64,000 nt of DNA from Candidatus Latescibacterota bacterium (GCA_965197905.1 CBDAOB010000005.1:576001-640000); one strand, 5' to 3'; counted from the stretch's first letter, positions 51,220 to 61,391 are shown. Notes: a model not told the origin generated them from the sequence alone. A program made the numbers and translations.

Positions 51220-52011
51220 ATGACTGAGCCAACCGTGCAACGATTATTAGACCTCACCGGGAAAGTGGCACTGGTCACCGGGGGCACCGGTTATCTCGGA
51301 TCGGCGCTTTCGGCGGCGCTTGCCGAGGCGGGCGCTCGAGTTGTCATAAGCAGCAGAGATAAAGACCGCGCGGCTGAAGCGGCGGGTTTGCTGCCCGGAG
51401 ATGCAGACCATCTCGGTGTCCAGTTGGACCACACGGACGCCGATTCCATCGAATCGGGGTTTGCCGCAGCCGTCAGTCTTGCGGGTGGAGTCGATGTGCT
51501 TGTGAACAATGGGCACGACGCTTTGGGAGAGGATTGGACGACGGTTACCCACGACCAGTTTGCCCGCCATCAAATCAACGTTGCGGGATATTTCACCCTG
51601 GCTCGCTTGGTGCGCAATGCCGCCGTCGACCGCGGGAGCGCCGCCAGCGTCGTTATGCTGGGTTCGATGTATGGTCAGGTGGCATCATATCCAGACTCCT
51701 ACGCCGGCGTGTGCAACGCCAGCCCGGCAGCCTATCACGCCCTCAAGGGCGGGATCATCCAGCTGACACGCCATTTAGCGATCTATTGGGCGGCCGACGG
51801 GGTGCGGGTCAACTGTTTGAGTCCGGGGCCGTTCCCGAATATGGCAAAGGCGCCGGCCGCAATGGTGGAGCGCCTTTGCACCAGAAGTCCGATGAAGCGG
51901 ATGGGGGAACCCCACGAGCTAAAGGGGGCAATGGTATTCCTCGCCAGCGACGCCAGCAGCTATATGACCGGACAGAACCTTACAATCGACGGGGGATGGA
52001 CGGCGTGGTGA
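51220..52011 (+). CDS. Short-chain dehydrogenase/reductase
   Basis: TGGTGYLG, LVNNG, GSMYG, YHALKGG, VNCLSPG, IDGGW; GGAGG SD. Confidence 0.92.
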   Translation: MTEPTVQRLLDLTGKVALVTGGTGYLGSALSAALAEAGARVVISSRDKDRAAEAAGLLPGDADHLGVQLDHTDADSIESGFAAAVSLAGGVDVLVNNGHDALGEDWTTVTHDQFARHQINVAGYFTLARLVRNAAVDRGSAASVVMLGSMYGQVASYPDSYAGVCNASPAAYHALKGGIIQLTRHLAIYWAADGVRVNCLSPGPFPNMAKAPAAMVERLCTRSPMKRMGEPHELKGAMVFLASDASSYMTGQNLTIDGGWTAW

Positions 52012-52060
52012 GCCACTGATTCTTCTCGACCGGCTTGTGCCAGGCGAAGGGGGGTGCCGA

Positions 52061-53185
52061 TTACCAGTCGCGAGAGTCCGGAACCACCTTCCAACTGCCG
52101 CTGTCGCGGATAGATTCCTGGCTCATGAGCCCTGGCAAGGTCATATCCATCGCCTCGTGAATCCCGATCGGGCAGGGGGTTCCGTTGATAATGCTGTTGA
52201 GAAAATCCTGAACCTCGAGAAAATCCCCACCGCCGTGCCCCGATTTCAAGGTTTCTTCGGTAGGTTTTCTCCAGATATCGGGCAGGTAATCCTCTTCCAG
52301 TTCATCTAGATTCATCCATTTGTTGTCGTCCTCGCACACCTCCGCAAGCCAGATTCTTCCATGCTCACCCCGGGCACGGGCCGACTCATAACATCCCCGC
52401 GTGCCCTGCAAGGTGTAATTGGTCATGGCGTGAGGCCGCTCGGAGATCATGTCCACGCGAATCTTGATCAGAGCCCCGTGCCGCGTCTTGCACAGCATCA
52501 CACAGGAGTCCTGGTTCTCGTAGAGGTCACCCCGGGGATCCCGGTAATGATGTCCACTGCCTTCGCAACAGACCCTCTCGACCCTATCCCCCTCCATCCA
52601 ATCGAGAATCGGACCCAAGCTGTGTGTGCCATAGGTGACCCCATCGATGCCAGTCTGCCACCGTCGCCTCCACGGGGTGACTTCATTATGCTGTTTCAGC
52701 TCGTGAAGGTATTCCCCCTCGGCGTAATAGAGCTCACCAAACAATCCCCGATCCACCAACGCCTTTACCAGGACGTTAGGTTTTCGGTAGGTATAGTTTT
52801 CGGCCATCATATAGATCGCCGGCGACCGGTTGGCCGCCTCCACCAGGGTTTGGCACTCCTCCAGCGAAACGCCAGCGGTAACCTCACTCAGGACATGGAT
52901 TCCCCGCTCCAGGGCGGCGGTCGACTGGGCGGCGTGGAACGGCATCGGCGTTCCGATCACAACGGCGTCGATGCTTGACCGATCTAGCATCTGTTGATAA
53001 TCGACATAGACCTCGACGGCTCCCAATTCCTCTTTGGCCGCCAGGAGCTGATCCTCTCGCAGGTCACAGATCGCCAACAATTTCGCCCCCGGATATGCGC
53101 CGAGGGCTGATTCGAAACTGGCGCCGCGCCCCGCGGCACCGACGATTCCGACATTCAACGTTTCCAGCGACTGTTGTTTGGGCAC
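52061..53185 (-). CDS. Gfo/Idh/MocA family oxidoreductase (GH109-like subgroup)
   Basis: VGIVGAAGRG, GTP..H, LSEV, MAENY, AEGEYLH, YGTHSLGP, GHGGGD. Start uncertain. Confidence 0.85.
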   Translation of the reverse strand: MPKQQSLETLNVGIVGAAGRGASFESALGAYPGAKLLAICDLREDQLLAAKEELGAVEVYVDYQQMLDRSSIDAVVIGTPMPFHAAQSTAALERGIHVLSEVTAGVSLEECQTLVEAANRSPAIYMMAENYTYRKPNVLVKALVDRGLFGELYYAEGEYLHELKQHNEVTPWRRRWQTGIDGVTYGTHSLGPILDWMEGDRVERVCCEGSGHHYRDPRGDLYENQDSCVMLCKTRHGALIKIRVDMISERPHAMTNYTLQGTRGCYESARARGEHGRIWLAEVCEDDNKWMNLDELEEDYLPDIWRKPTEETLKSGHGGGDFLEVQDFLNSIINGTPCPIGIHEAMDMTLPGLMSQESIRDSGSWKVVPDSRDW

Positions 53186-53484
53186 CGTTTCTATTCTCGC
53201 AGGTTTGGCCTTGAACAGGGCCCTCGGTATCTCGTTCGGCGAGGCGGCCGTTCCGGATACACCGGGATTCGCGCGCCGGCAAATCAGGTCGAGCACGCTG
53301 CCGGTGTCAAGACGCCCACCTGCAGACGTGACTTTTTTTGCGACGCCGTTCTACCTGGAATCATCTAATCGAGTTAACTGCAGTATAGACCTGTCCGGCG
53401 GAAGTCGTGATCGCGAATGGAGGGAGAATCCACATCCACCACCGGACTCGAAGGTTGCCCTCATTACCCATTAAGGAGAAGAAG

Positions 53485-54279
53485 ATGAAAAAGTTGGCTT
53501 TCGTATTCGCCGTTTTGCTCGCAGTGGGCGTGGCCGGCGCTCCGGTCGCGGCCGGCACCTTCGCGACAAAGCCGGGTGATCCTGGCAATACGGTAACCTT
53601 CGAAATCTCCGCGCCGCTGGAGACCATAGTTGGCACGACTGGTGGAGCCGTCAAGGGACATTTCGACTTCGATCCGAACAACGTCAAAGCCTTGAAGAGC
53701 GGCATGTTCGTCATCAACGTCGCATCTTTTGAAACCGGCATTGACCTGCGCGATGAGCACTTTCGCGACAACTTCCTGCATACAGCCAAATATCCCAACG
53801 CTACGTTCACCTTGGGCAAGGTAACGAAAACGTCGGCGAAGTCGGTAAAGACCGGCGCGTCCGTGGACCTGGAGCTGGAAGGCACCCTGGACATGCATGG
53901 GGTCCAACGTAGCGAGACCGTCGCCGCCACCGTCACCTATATGGATGACGGCATGGTCCCCGACAACGTGCTGCCCGGAAACGTAATCGCCGTTAAGGCG
54001 AACCTTCGGGTCGCCTTGGCTGACTACAAGATCGAGCGCCCGGAAATGCTGGTGCTCAAGGTCGGCGAGGTGGTCGACATCGACGTCATTCTGAGAATGA
54101 CCGACTCCCCTAAAACGGTGAATGCCTGCGGTGGTTGCGGGGATTGTGGCGGATGTGGGGATTGTGGCGGATGTGGGGATTGTGGTGGATGTGGTGATGG
54201 CGGTGGCTGCGGCGGCAGTTGCGGTGGTGGTTGTGGTGGTGGCTGTGGAGGCGGTTGTGGCGGTAGCTGCGGAGGCTGA
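53485..54279 (+). CDS. Exported YceI-family (polyisoprenoid-binding, lipocalin-like) protein with Cys/Gly-rich C-terminal tail
   Basis: AAGGAG SD; signal peptide MKKLAFVFAVLLAV; YceI motifs FETGIDLRDEH, LHTAKYPNATF, GTLDMHGV, DYKI; tail (CGGCGD)4GGG(CGG[S/G])5CGG. Confidence 0.9.
   Translation: MKKLAFVFAVLLAVGVAGAPVAAGTFATKPGDPGNTVTFEISAPLETIVGTTGGAVKGHFDFDPNNVKALKSGMFVINVASFETGIDLRDEHFRDNFLHTAKYPNATFTLGKVTKTSAKSVKTGASVDLELEGTLDMHGVQRSETVAATVTYMDDGMVPDNVLPGNVIAVKANLRVALADYKIERPEMLVLKVGEVVDIDVILRMTDSPKTVNACGGCGDCGGCGDCGGCGDCGGCGDGGGCGGSCGGGCGGGCGGGCGGSCGG
54127..54276 (+). repeat. Coding tandem repeat: four 18-bp units (CGGCGD) followed by 12-bp units (CGG[S/G])
   Basis: tgtggcggatgtggggat is exact at 54145-54162 and 54163-54180, with synonymous variants at 54127-54144 and 54181-54198. 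Confidence 0.9.
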
Positions 54280-54302
54280 CCAACCTTTTCAGTATCAACA
54301 AC

Positions 54303-54339
54303 AAAGCCCCGCGGATTCCTGCAATCTGCGGGGCTTTTT
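54303..54339. terminator. Probable bidirectional rho-independent terminator between convergent genes
   Basis: AAAGCCCCGCGGATT / AATCTGCGGGGCTTT stem with flanking A and T runs. Confidence 0.85.
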
Positions 54340-54372
54340 CATCAATTGATGGCCGTCGGCGGAGTCACTCCC

Positions 54373-55582
54373 TCACATCTTCTCGTCCAGAGATCTCTCG
54401 CTTTGCATGTGCTTCAATGAGGGTATTACCCGCTTCAGCTCCGCCACGTAGTCCGTTTTCGATACATCTGTTCGTGACTTAGCGGCGCGCGCGAAGCGAA
54501 TAAATTCGTCCGTGGCAGCTGTGTCGACGCCGTTGACCGATTGTTCCACCACCCCAACACAACGAAAACGATTCAGGTCCAAGCTATCTCCCTCGCTGTA
54601 GAACTCCTCGAACGGCTTCTCGCCCGAGGTGTCACTGGAGGTGAACAGGCAAGGCCACCTGTTCTGTGGTAGCAATTTGTCGATGGATGCCCTGGCCTCG
54701 TCCTCAGTCCGGCACTCGAACGCCTCGTACCCCAACATACTTAGAAGCTCGAGTGCGATCTCGGGGAAGGTTTTTTCTTTCAGCACTTCCAATTTCGGAA
54801 AAAAACATCGCCGTTCTCGCCCAGTATGCTTGACAGCAAACAGAGATGTCCAGCCTCCTCGTGGGAGATGAAATATCGCCGAACATCCTTGGGAGCCGCG
54901 AGTGGTTGCCTCTTTTGCAGGCGTTGGAGAAGACCGAAGGGCAGGCTGCCATTGGAGAACGCGACATTGGCGAATCGCGCAGAGGAGTAGTGCTGAACGT
55001 CCGCGTGTGAAAGCAAGACCCTCTCCATAACCATCTTTGTGGCGCCCATAAGGCTGCCGGGATTGACCGCTTTATCCGAGGACACCGAAAAGAAATTGCG
55101 GCATGGTCTTGGCAGGTTGTGCACAAAGTCATTCAAGAACAGGACATTCGTATCCACCATACGCATCAGGGAATAGACATCCTTTTCCGAACGCACATGT
55201 TTCAAGGCGGACAGATTCAGAATAAAGTCGAACGGCTCCTGGTCAGAGAAATAGCGCGCGAACTCGGTACTGCCAAGTCCAATGGGCAATTCTACCAGTT
55301 CATCAGGTGGCCGAATATCCGGCGATGAACGGAGTTCTCGAACCACCTCCACCAGACCATTTTCGTTCAAGTCGAACAACGCCATGGTCTTCGGTGAAAA
55401 CTCCAGAATAGCCCGAACGGTTGAAAAGCCGATCGATCCGGCGGCGCCAACAACAGCGATCCGGCTACCATTTAGCCGTTCGCCGATTTCGCTCGGTGGT
55501 CATCCAGATCACCTGCAAAAAGCGAACGTTCGCGACCGGTAGCGATTTTCTCGTAATCCGAGAGGATGCGTGGCTGGATCAT
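54373..55582 (-). CDS. Polysaccharide biosynthesis protein (CapD/PglF-like UDP-sugar 4,6-dehydratase), interrupted by two -1 frameshifts near 55490 and 54800
   Basis: MIQPR...TGRERSLFAGD, then shifted EIGERLNGSRIAVVGAAGSIG...ALKHVRSEKD...SSDKAVNP..MGATK..RFANVAFSNGSL...DVFF, then shifted PKLEV...SDTSGEKPFEEF...SLDEKM. Confidence 0.8.
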
Positions 55583-55676
55583 AGTGGTCTTGCTGGACAC
55601 TCGGCTTCCTCAATTGCCGGGTTCAATTGTTCAAGAAAAGGATGGGCCGAGGTCTCCGCCGACGCAACTGCTGCCC

Positions 55677-57356
55677 CTACTTCCGATTCGCAGCCAGGCC
55701 CGCGCGCGCGCGGAGCACGACGGGGAGTTCCGAATCGGCTAATCGCCAGGTGGCAAGCGCTTGTTCGTAGGCCTGTGCGGCCGCTTCGGTCTGGTTTCCC
55801 ATTTCGTAAGTCTTGGCCAATCCCAGCAACATGTGCCCGCTTCGGGGCCGTTTGGCGAGCGCTTTCTGAAAGGCGTCGCGGGCTGTGCGCCAATCGCCGG
55901 CTCTGAGCGCAACCTCACCGTGGCTTTCGTGCAGAGAGCGGGCAAATTCAGGCGGCTCCTCGTATGGCAGCGCGGCAGAACTGGAAATGGCTCTTGCGAT
56001 ACGTTCGTATGCCTCATCGTGCTCACCCCTGACGCTGTGTATCTGTGCCTGAAGCTGGTCGGCGAGGATTTCGAGGTAGTCGACCCGCCGCCGCCGGTGG
56101 TAGCGGTCCCTCCGGGGCGGCTCCTCCACGAGATACATCCAGGTTAGATTGGTCAGCTTGGCCAGCTCACTTATGGCCAGATCCACATCGTCTGTGGCCA
56201 GCGCGCTCATTCCCCGGGTGTAGGCCAACTGGCCGTTGGCGAACAGGCCGCCAAAGTTGGCGCTTAAGGTGTCGTTGGCCGCCAGTTTGGCTAGGGCAGC
56301 GGATGCCAGTTTCCATTCGCGGTAGCGAATGTGCAACCGCACCCGCGCCATACGTCCCTGGTAATAGATGATCGTGCGCCGACTGCTCAGCGCTACCTCT
56401 TCAAGCTTGCGCGCCCACCGTAGGCCCTCCCGGTAGCGTCCGTCTTCGGCGCAGTTGGCTACCAGGTAGCTGAGGTTGTGCACATAGTTCCAGTTGTTGT
56501 ACGCCGGCGTACCGTACTCGGCCATGTAGGTGGAATCCACCGCGAACGCTTCGACGAATGAAGCCCTGGCACCGGCATAGTCGCCGCTCAAATAGCGGAT
56601 ATGACCGGGCATGTGAACGACGTGTGCGTTGGCAGGCGCGAGGGCTGCTATCTTCTCAGCACTCTCGTGGGCCGCTCCGGGATTGTCCCCGCGTTCCTCG
56701 ATATGAATGTAATAGTGGTGAACCCCGAGATGGTCGGGGCGTGTCTTCAACAACGGTTTGATGAGCGCCAGGGGATCGGGCTCGCCTTTTCGCGGATGAC
56801 CGGGATAATAACCCCGCATAAGGAAGCGGATGAGAAAAATCTTGGCTTCGACGTCTTCGGGGTACGCGGCGATAAGGCTCTGCATCTCTTGGATGTAGGC
56901 CTGGCGGCCGATGGAATCGAGCAGCACGGTCGCCCGCAGATATCGTTGCTCACGGTCTGTAACATCGGGGATCAAGCTCTTGAACTTGCGAAAGGCGGTC
57001 CTATTCTCCGACCTCCTTCCACGCGGCGTTTGATAGATGCCCCACCAGGCTACAGCACATGAGGAATCGAGACGGGTTGCCGTGCGAAACGACCTCATGG
57101 CTTCGTAGTACCAGAACCCGTGCAGGAGGGCAAATCCCTGGTTTACATAACGTTGTGCCTCCGGCGACATCGTGGTAGCGGGAAACGAGGCGGTGCTGAT
57201 GCCGGTCAATAACGCCGGATAATCCGAAGGCTGTGGCGGGGTACTACAGGAAAGAAGGCAGAGGAGTAGGCCGAAGAGAATCAAGGGTGGCGCCGCCGCA
57301 TGGCGCGTTGGGGCACGGATATCGTAGTTCAATACACCTTTTGGTCGACATCTCAT
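55677..57356 (-). CDS. TPR-containing putative lipoprotein with His-rich motifs; true end may be 55579 after a frameshift
   Basis: Lipobox-like LLSC; AQRYVNQG..LHGFWYYEA.RSF; HLGVHHYYIH; AHVVHMPGHI; C-terminal TPR helices. Confidence 0.75.
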   Translation of the reverse strand: MRCRPKGVLNYDIRAPTRHAAAPPLILFGLLLCLLSCSTPPQPSDYPALLTGISTASFPATTMSPEAQRYVNQGFALLHGFWYYEAMRSFRTATRLDSSCAVAWWGIYQTPRGRRSENRTAFRKFKSLIPDVTDREQRYLRATVLLDSIGRQAYIQEMQSLIAAYPEDVEAKIFLIRFLMRGYYPGHPRKGEPDPLALIKPLLKTRPDHLGVHHYYIHIEERGDNPGAAHESAEKIAALAPANAHVVHMPGHIRYLSGDYAGARASFVEAFAVDSTYMAEYGTPAYNNWNYVHNLSYLVANCAEDGRYREGLRWARKLEEVALSSRRTIIYYQGRMARVRLHIRYREWKLASAALAKLAANDTLSANFGGLFANGQLAYTRGMSALATDDVDLAISELAKLTNLTWMYLVEEPPRRDRYHRRRRVDYLEILADQLQAQIHSVRGEHDEAYERIARAISSSAALPYEEPPEFARSLHESHGEVALRAGDWRTARDAFQKALAKRPRSGHMLLGLAKTYEMGNQTEAAAQAYEQALATWRLADSELPVVLRARAGLAANRK

Positions 57357-57399
57357 CTAGAATTCAACGGGAGGCGGCTTGTCCGCAAGCTTGGCGCGA

Positions 57400-58359
57400 T
57401 CACGTGCTTTTCGGAACCGTAACCTGCGTAAACTCGAATTTGGGACCCTTCGTGTAGGTTGCTCCCAAACCCAGGCCCCAATCTGCCTTACCCCCGGCCA
57501 ACCGCCCCTCCGCCCAGGCTTTCAACGGTAGGTTATCCCAGTTGTCCGTGAACCAGTACTGGGAAGACGGTCCTCCCAGAGGGTCCTTACCCAGGGGATT
57601 CGAAAGGTCGCCCATCGCCCCCAACAGCTGGCGCCGGATGGGCGAGCTTCGGGCGATCAGATTCGGATCCTGTTCGATGTGACCGCTGGGGCGTATCCAT
57701 CTGGGACCATAGCTAATGTAGAGTGCCTTGCGGAAGCCTCCGGAGAGATTCGGGGTCACCCCGTGGAGCAGCGTTGGCCGCCACAGCAGGGCGCTTCCGG
57801 CCGGCACTCGCAATTCGAAGATCTCTTTGGGATCGAGCCAGGATTCCCAGGTGGCTCGTTGCTCCCGGTTCCATCGAAAACTGCCGGGTACCAGCAAAAT
57901 GGTGCTGTGTCCCTCTGCTGTGTGGTCGGATAGGTACCATCCGACCTTGAAGTCTAGCAACGGCATAACGCCGTCCACGGTGGTCCCGGCGAACTCCTCT
58001 TCGTAGTCGAAGTGCCAGCCCAGCGACATCATTTCGGGATCTGCGCCGATCGGAAGCGGGGCTTTGTAATCGAAGACGCTGTCGCGGTTCTGTATGTTCC
58101 AGCCGAGGATATCCACCAACATGGGCAAGATAGCTGGGTGGTCGATGAGATCGAGAATGTGTTCATGCCGCGAGATGCCATTGCGCAGGGATACGGAATC
58201 GTCCGGGGACAGACCCCGCAGCGCCCGGGTCTGCTCCGCGACCTCGTCCATGGCTCGTGAAACCCGGTCAACGGAGTCGTTGTCCAGGGCATTCTCGACT
58301 ACGGTGAATCCCTGGCCGTTGAGCTCATCTTTTTGTCCCTCGGTTATGGCAATCGGCAT
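57400..58359 (-). CDS. PhyH-family Fe(II)/2OG dioxygenase
   Basis: GFTVVENAL, DLIDHP, WHFD, LVPGS, PAGSA, LHG, YGPRW; GAGGGG SD. Confidence 0.85.
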   Translation of the reverse strand: MPIAITEGQKDELNGQGFTVVENALDNDSVDRVSRAMDEVAEQTRALRGLSPDDSVSLRNGISRHEHILDLIDHPAILPMLVDILGWNIQNRDSVFDYKAPLPIGADPEMMSLGWHFDYEEEFAGTTVDGVMPLLDFKVGWYLSDHTAEGHSTILLVPGSFRWNREQRATWESWLDPKEIFELRVPAGSALLWRPTLLHGVTPNLSGGFRKALYISYGPRWIRPSGHIEQDPNLIARSSPIRRQLLGAMGDLSNPLGKDPLGGPSSQYWFTDNWDNLPLKAWAEGRLAGGKADWGLGLGATYTKGPKFEFTQVTVPKST

Positions 58360-58462
58360 CTGGACACGCCCCTCTGCTAGTGCGGTGTCAAGGTTGAAGC
58401 CCCACTCGTTTTCATCCGTCGTGCTGTAGGCATTGCGTTCTTCCGCGTACCGTGGGCGGTTG

Positions 58463-59377
58463 TCAACGCGCGTAGTCGTCGGGGTTGTTCTTGCGCCAAT
58501 TCGGAAGATAACCCTCCGTCTCGCCGAATCCGTAGGATGGTCCGATTTGATTCGTAGACGTCCACGGCCAGGCTTGACCGCCCATGAGCCGATATTGGTT
58601 TCCTTTGCCGCACAGCCAGTAAAACATGTGGGCGACGTAGCGGGCATCTCCGTGGCCGCCGTAATGGGCGGATCCAGAATCGAACGCTACTTCCCGCACC
58701 CAGTCCCCGACCGGCGGCGTTGTTCGCCAGTAATTGTATTTCAGCATATGGCGAAGCCCATTCGCGGTCGACTTCCCGCGTCGGTGCAGGATGCTTTGGG
58801 AATGGATCCCGAAGGAACCGGCCGGTCCCTCGGCGAGGACGCCGGCCGCGTCTTCCGCCATGGTCGTGGGGCGGATGTGAGATCCTGGTACAAACTCGGT
58901 TGGACCCAGCTCTGCCGGCGTATCCTGAGGAAAATAAAAAACCTCCAGGAAGTTGGTCTCCGGACCGAACACGTGGTCGGCATCGTGGTGCCATCCCTGC
59001 GCTGGTTTTGGGCACTCCATTGGATGGCTGCTAACGAGCACCGGCAGCCCGAGGTCCTTCCCCAGCAACGACCGCAGGGCGCCGGTCAGCCGGGGGTTGA
59101 GCACGACGTTCTCGTGGAACCAATCCTCTAGTAGAATCGTGCTCGGCTCGTGAGATGCGCGGATCCGCTCGAGGTCCGCGGATGTCATGCCTTTGGGAAC
59201 GAACCTCGGATTCGCCGGCATAACGCCGTTGAGATACTCGAGCGTCATTTTGTTGAATTCATTGGGCACGACACCCTCGAGCAGGAGAAAACCTGTGCGA
59301 CAGAACTCCAACACTTGGCTGTCGGTCAGGGTAGGATCGCAATCGAAGGTTTGTCGTGTCTCGTCGTGGTTCGCCAA
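58463..59377 (-). CDS. PhyH-family Fe(II)/2OG dioxygenase
   Basis: LTDSQVLEFCRTGFL, QGWHHD, FYFPQD, GPTEFVPGSH, ILHR. Confidence 0.85.
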   Translation of the reverse strand: MANHDETRQTFDCDPTLTDSQVLEFCRTGFLLLEGVVPNEFNKMTLEYLNGVMPANPRFVPKGMTSADLERIRASHEPSTILLEDWFHENVVLNPRLTGALRSLLGKDLGLPVLVSSHPMECPKPAQGWHHDADHVFGPETNFLEVFYFPQDTPAELGPTEFVPGSHIRPTTMAEDAAGVLAEGPAGSFGIHSQSILHRRGKSTANGLRHMLKYNYWRTTPPVGDWVREVAFDSGSAHYGGHGDARYVAHMFYWLCGKGNQYRLMGGQAWPWTSTNQIGPSYGFGETEGYLPNWRKNNPDDYAR

Positions 59378-59585
59378 GTGCTAAAATCTCCCATTTGGTT
59401 GAAGCCTGTAAACGTGGGCAACGCCCAAGTTAGGCGTCATATCGGTCGGCCAAAGTCGGAGAAACCTATTAGAGTACGTACGAAAAAGCCAATGGCGTCA
59501 AAATCTCGGACGTCCTGGAAACGCGTGTTCTCCCGCACACACGTTATGAGGCGCAAAGGGTAGGTCGGTCGGGTTACCGCAGGGG

Positions 59586-61267
59586 TTACTCGTACACCAC
59601 GCTTACGCCGCGATGGCGCAGTGCGCCGATCTGGAAGGTTGCTGCCAGGACCGAGAGCGGGTTCCCAGCCAAGGTGATCACGGTTTCCTCGCCAATAGCC
59701 AGGTTCTCAACCAGAGGGGTAAGATCGGATATTTCGTTCGAGGACAGGAGTAACCGACGGAGATTCTGCGAGCCCGCCAGCGGCCCAAGATCACTGATCT
59801 GATTTGAAGAGACATTCAATTCTTCCAGGTTCGTCAACCTGCAACGAAGGCGATGTCGTCGATGCCGTTGTGGCTGAGTTGCAGGTGGGTCAGCGCCTTG
59901 TTGGCCAGGGATGGGACACCGCTGATCTGGTTGTTGTTGGCAACTAGGCTTTCCAGCTTTGGGAGGTTTCCGAGGGTGGACAGGTCGGAGATCTGATTCA
60001 GCGAAATTCTGAGCTCGCGCAGATTGACGAGGCTGCCCAGCGGTCCCAGATCCTCGATCCTGTTGCGATCCAACAAAAGTACTTCGAGGTCTGCCAGGGT
60101 ACCCAACGCGGAGATATCGACGAGGCGATTCTGGCTGAGGACCAATCTCTTCAATCGGGATAAACCGGAAAGCGGCTCCAAGCTGCCAAGCGGATTGTGG
60201 GCGAGTCCGAGCTCACGAAGATTGATCAGACCGGACAGGGCGGAAAGGTCGACGATTCCGTTGAAGTCGAGTGTCAGAAACTCGAGCTGAACCAAAGCGG
60301 CCAGCGGAGTGATATCGACGATCTGATTCGTGCCCAGCGACAGAACCCGCAGATTGCGCAGACCAGCCAGCGGGGTCAGGTCGGTAATTCGATTCAAACT
60401 GACTCGCAATTCCTCCAGACGGGTAAGTTTCTCGATGCCACCAAGGCTGGTGACAATGCTGTTGATTTGCTGGAGCGCCCTGACTCCGGCTACATCCGTC
60501 AGGGTGATCTCCCCCTCCGATATCTGGCTGGCGCGCCGAAGCGATGAGAATAGGAAGGGGTCGTCGAAAACGAGCGGATCGCGAATGCGCATCACCTCGA
60601 AGTTCAGCGGAGCCCGCCGGTCGATCTCCTGTCCTTGAAGAGCCAGCGTTTCGATGTCGAATCCGGAGATGATCACAGAGAACAAATCGGGGTGCGCCTG
60701 GGCTGGAATCGCAGTCTTTGCGGGTCGAGCTGAAAGGATGGTGCTGGGGCCGTCTATCAAGGTCATCTTTCGCGTTTGGGAAGAAGAGCCCGCCTTCAGA
60801 CGGTAGAAGTAGACCCCCGCCGCGACTCCGAAACCGTTTCGGTCCCGCCCGTGCCAGGGTATCTGGTATTGGCCCGCAGGGCGTTCGTCATCGAGCAGGA
60901 TTTGCACCGGATGCCCGAGGCTGTTGTAGACCGCTAAACGCACATGGGATGGGCGGTCGAGCCGGAAGGAAATGAGGGTGCTGGGATTGAAGGGATTTGG
61001 ATAGTTCGGCGACAGGCGGAACCCCTGGGGAACGCCTGAGTCGCGCTCGAAAATCGAAGTGGGAATATCGACGGCGATGACATAGGCCCCAAAGGTATCG
61101 GTGGTATCCGACACGAAACTGTTCCCCGTCGCTTCGTTGGTCAGCTCCACCATGGCACCGGAGACGGCAACACCCTGGCCGTCGGTAACCTGTCCCGAAA
61201 GGTTAAGTGCGCTGGCGGTTTGCACTGCGAGCAGAACGGCGATCGTCAGCGCAACAATCAGTCGCAA
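59586..61267 (-). CDS. Secreted protein: carboxypeptidase-regulatory-like domain, internal FlgD/sorting-like domain and internalin-type leucine-rich repeats; -1 frameshift near 59837
   Basis: Signal peptide; LSGQVTD; NYPNPFNPST...GVYFYRL; about ten LxxLxLxxNxIxDLxxL repeats; AG|LTNLEEL is joined by adding one base; ends LAGNPL. Confidence 0.8.
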
Positions 61268-61391
61268 CGCAACTCCTTTGTTAGGCGTGAGCCTAACGGT
61301 TCGATTCCAAGGGCATGGACATCCAACGGCGATGGCGCTCTCTAGTTAGATATCTCCACGGCCGTTCCCGATTCACGGATTCGGCACAGGG

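Noticed and set aside
53329..53447. Possible ECF-type promoter (TGACTT-N15-TCTA) and leader pairing (gtccggcgg/ccaccggac) upstream of the YceI gene
   Set aside because: Matches are short and imperfect, and I recognise no riboswitch consensus; an Rfam/Infernal search would be needed.
57400..58647. 415-aa version of the PhyH ORF, and similar extensions of ORFs 11402, 26005, 30793, 36968 and 47699
   Set aside because: The extensions overlap neighbouring genes; downstream starts fit SD positions, gene spacing and domain boundaries better.
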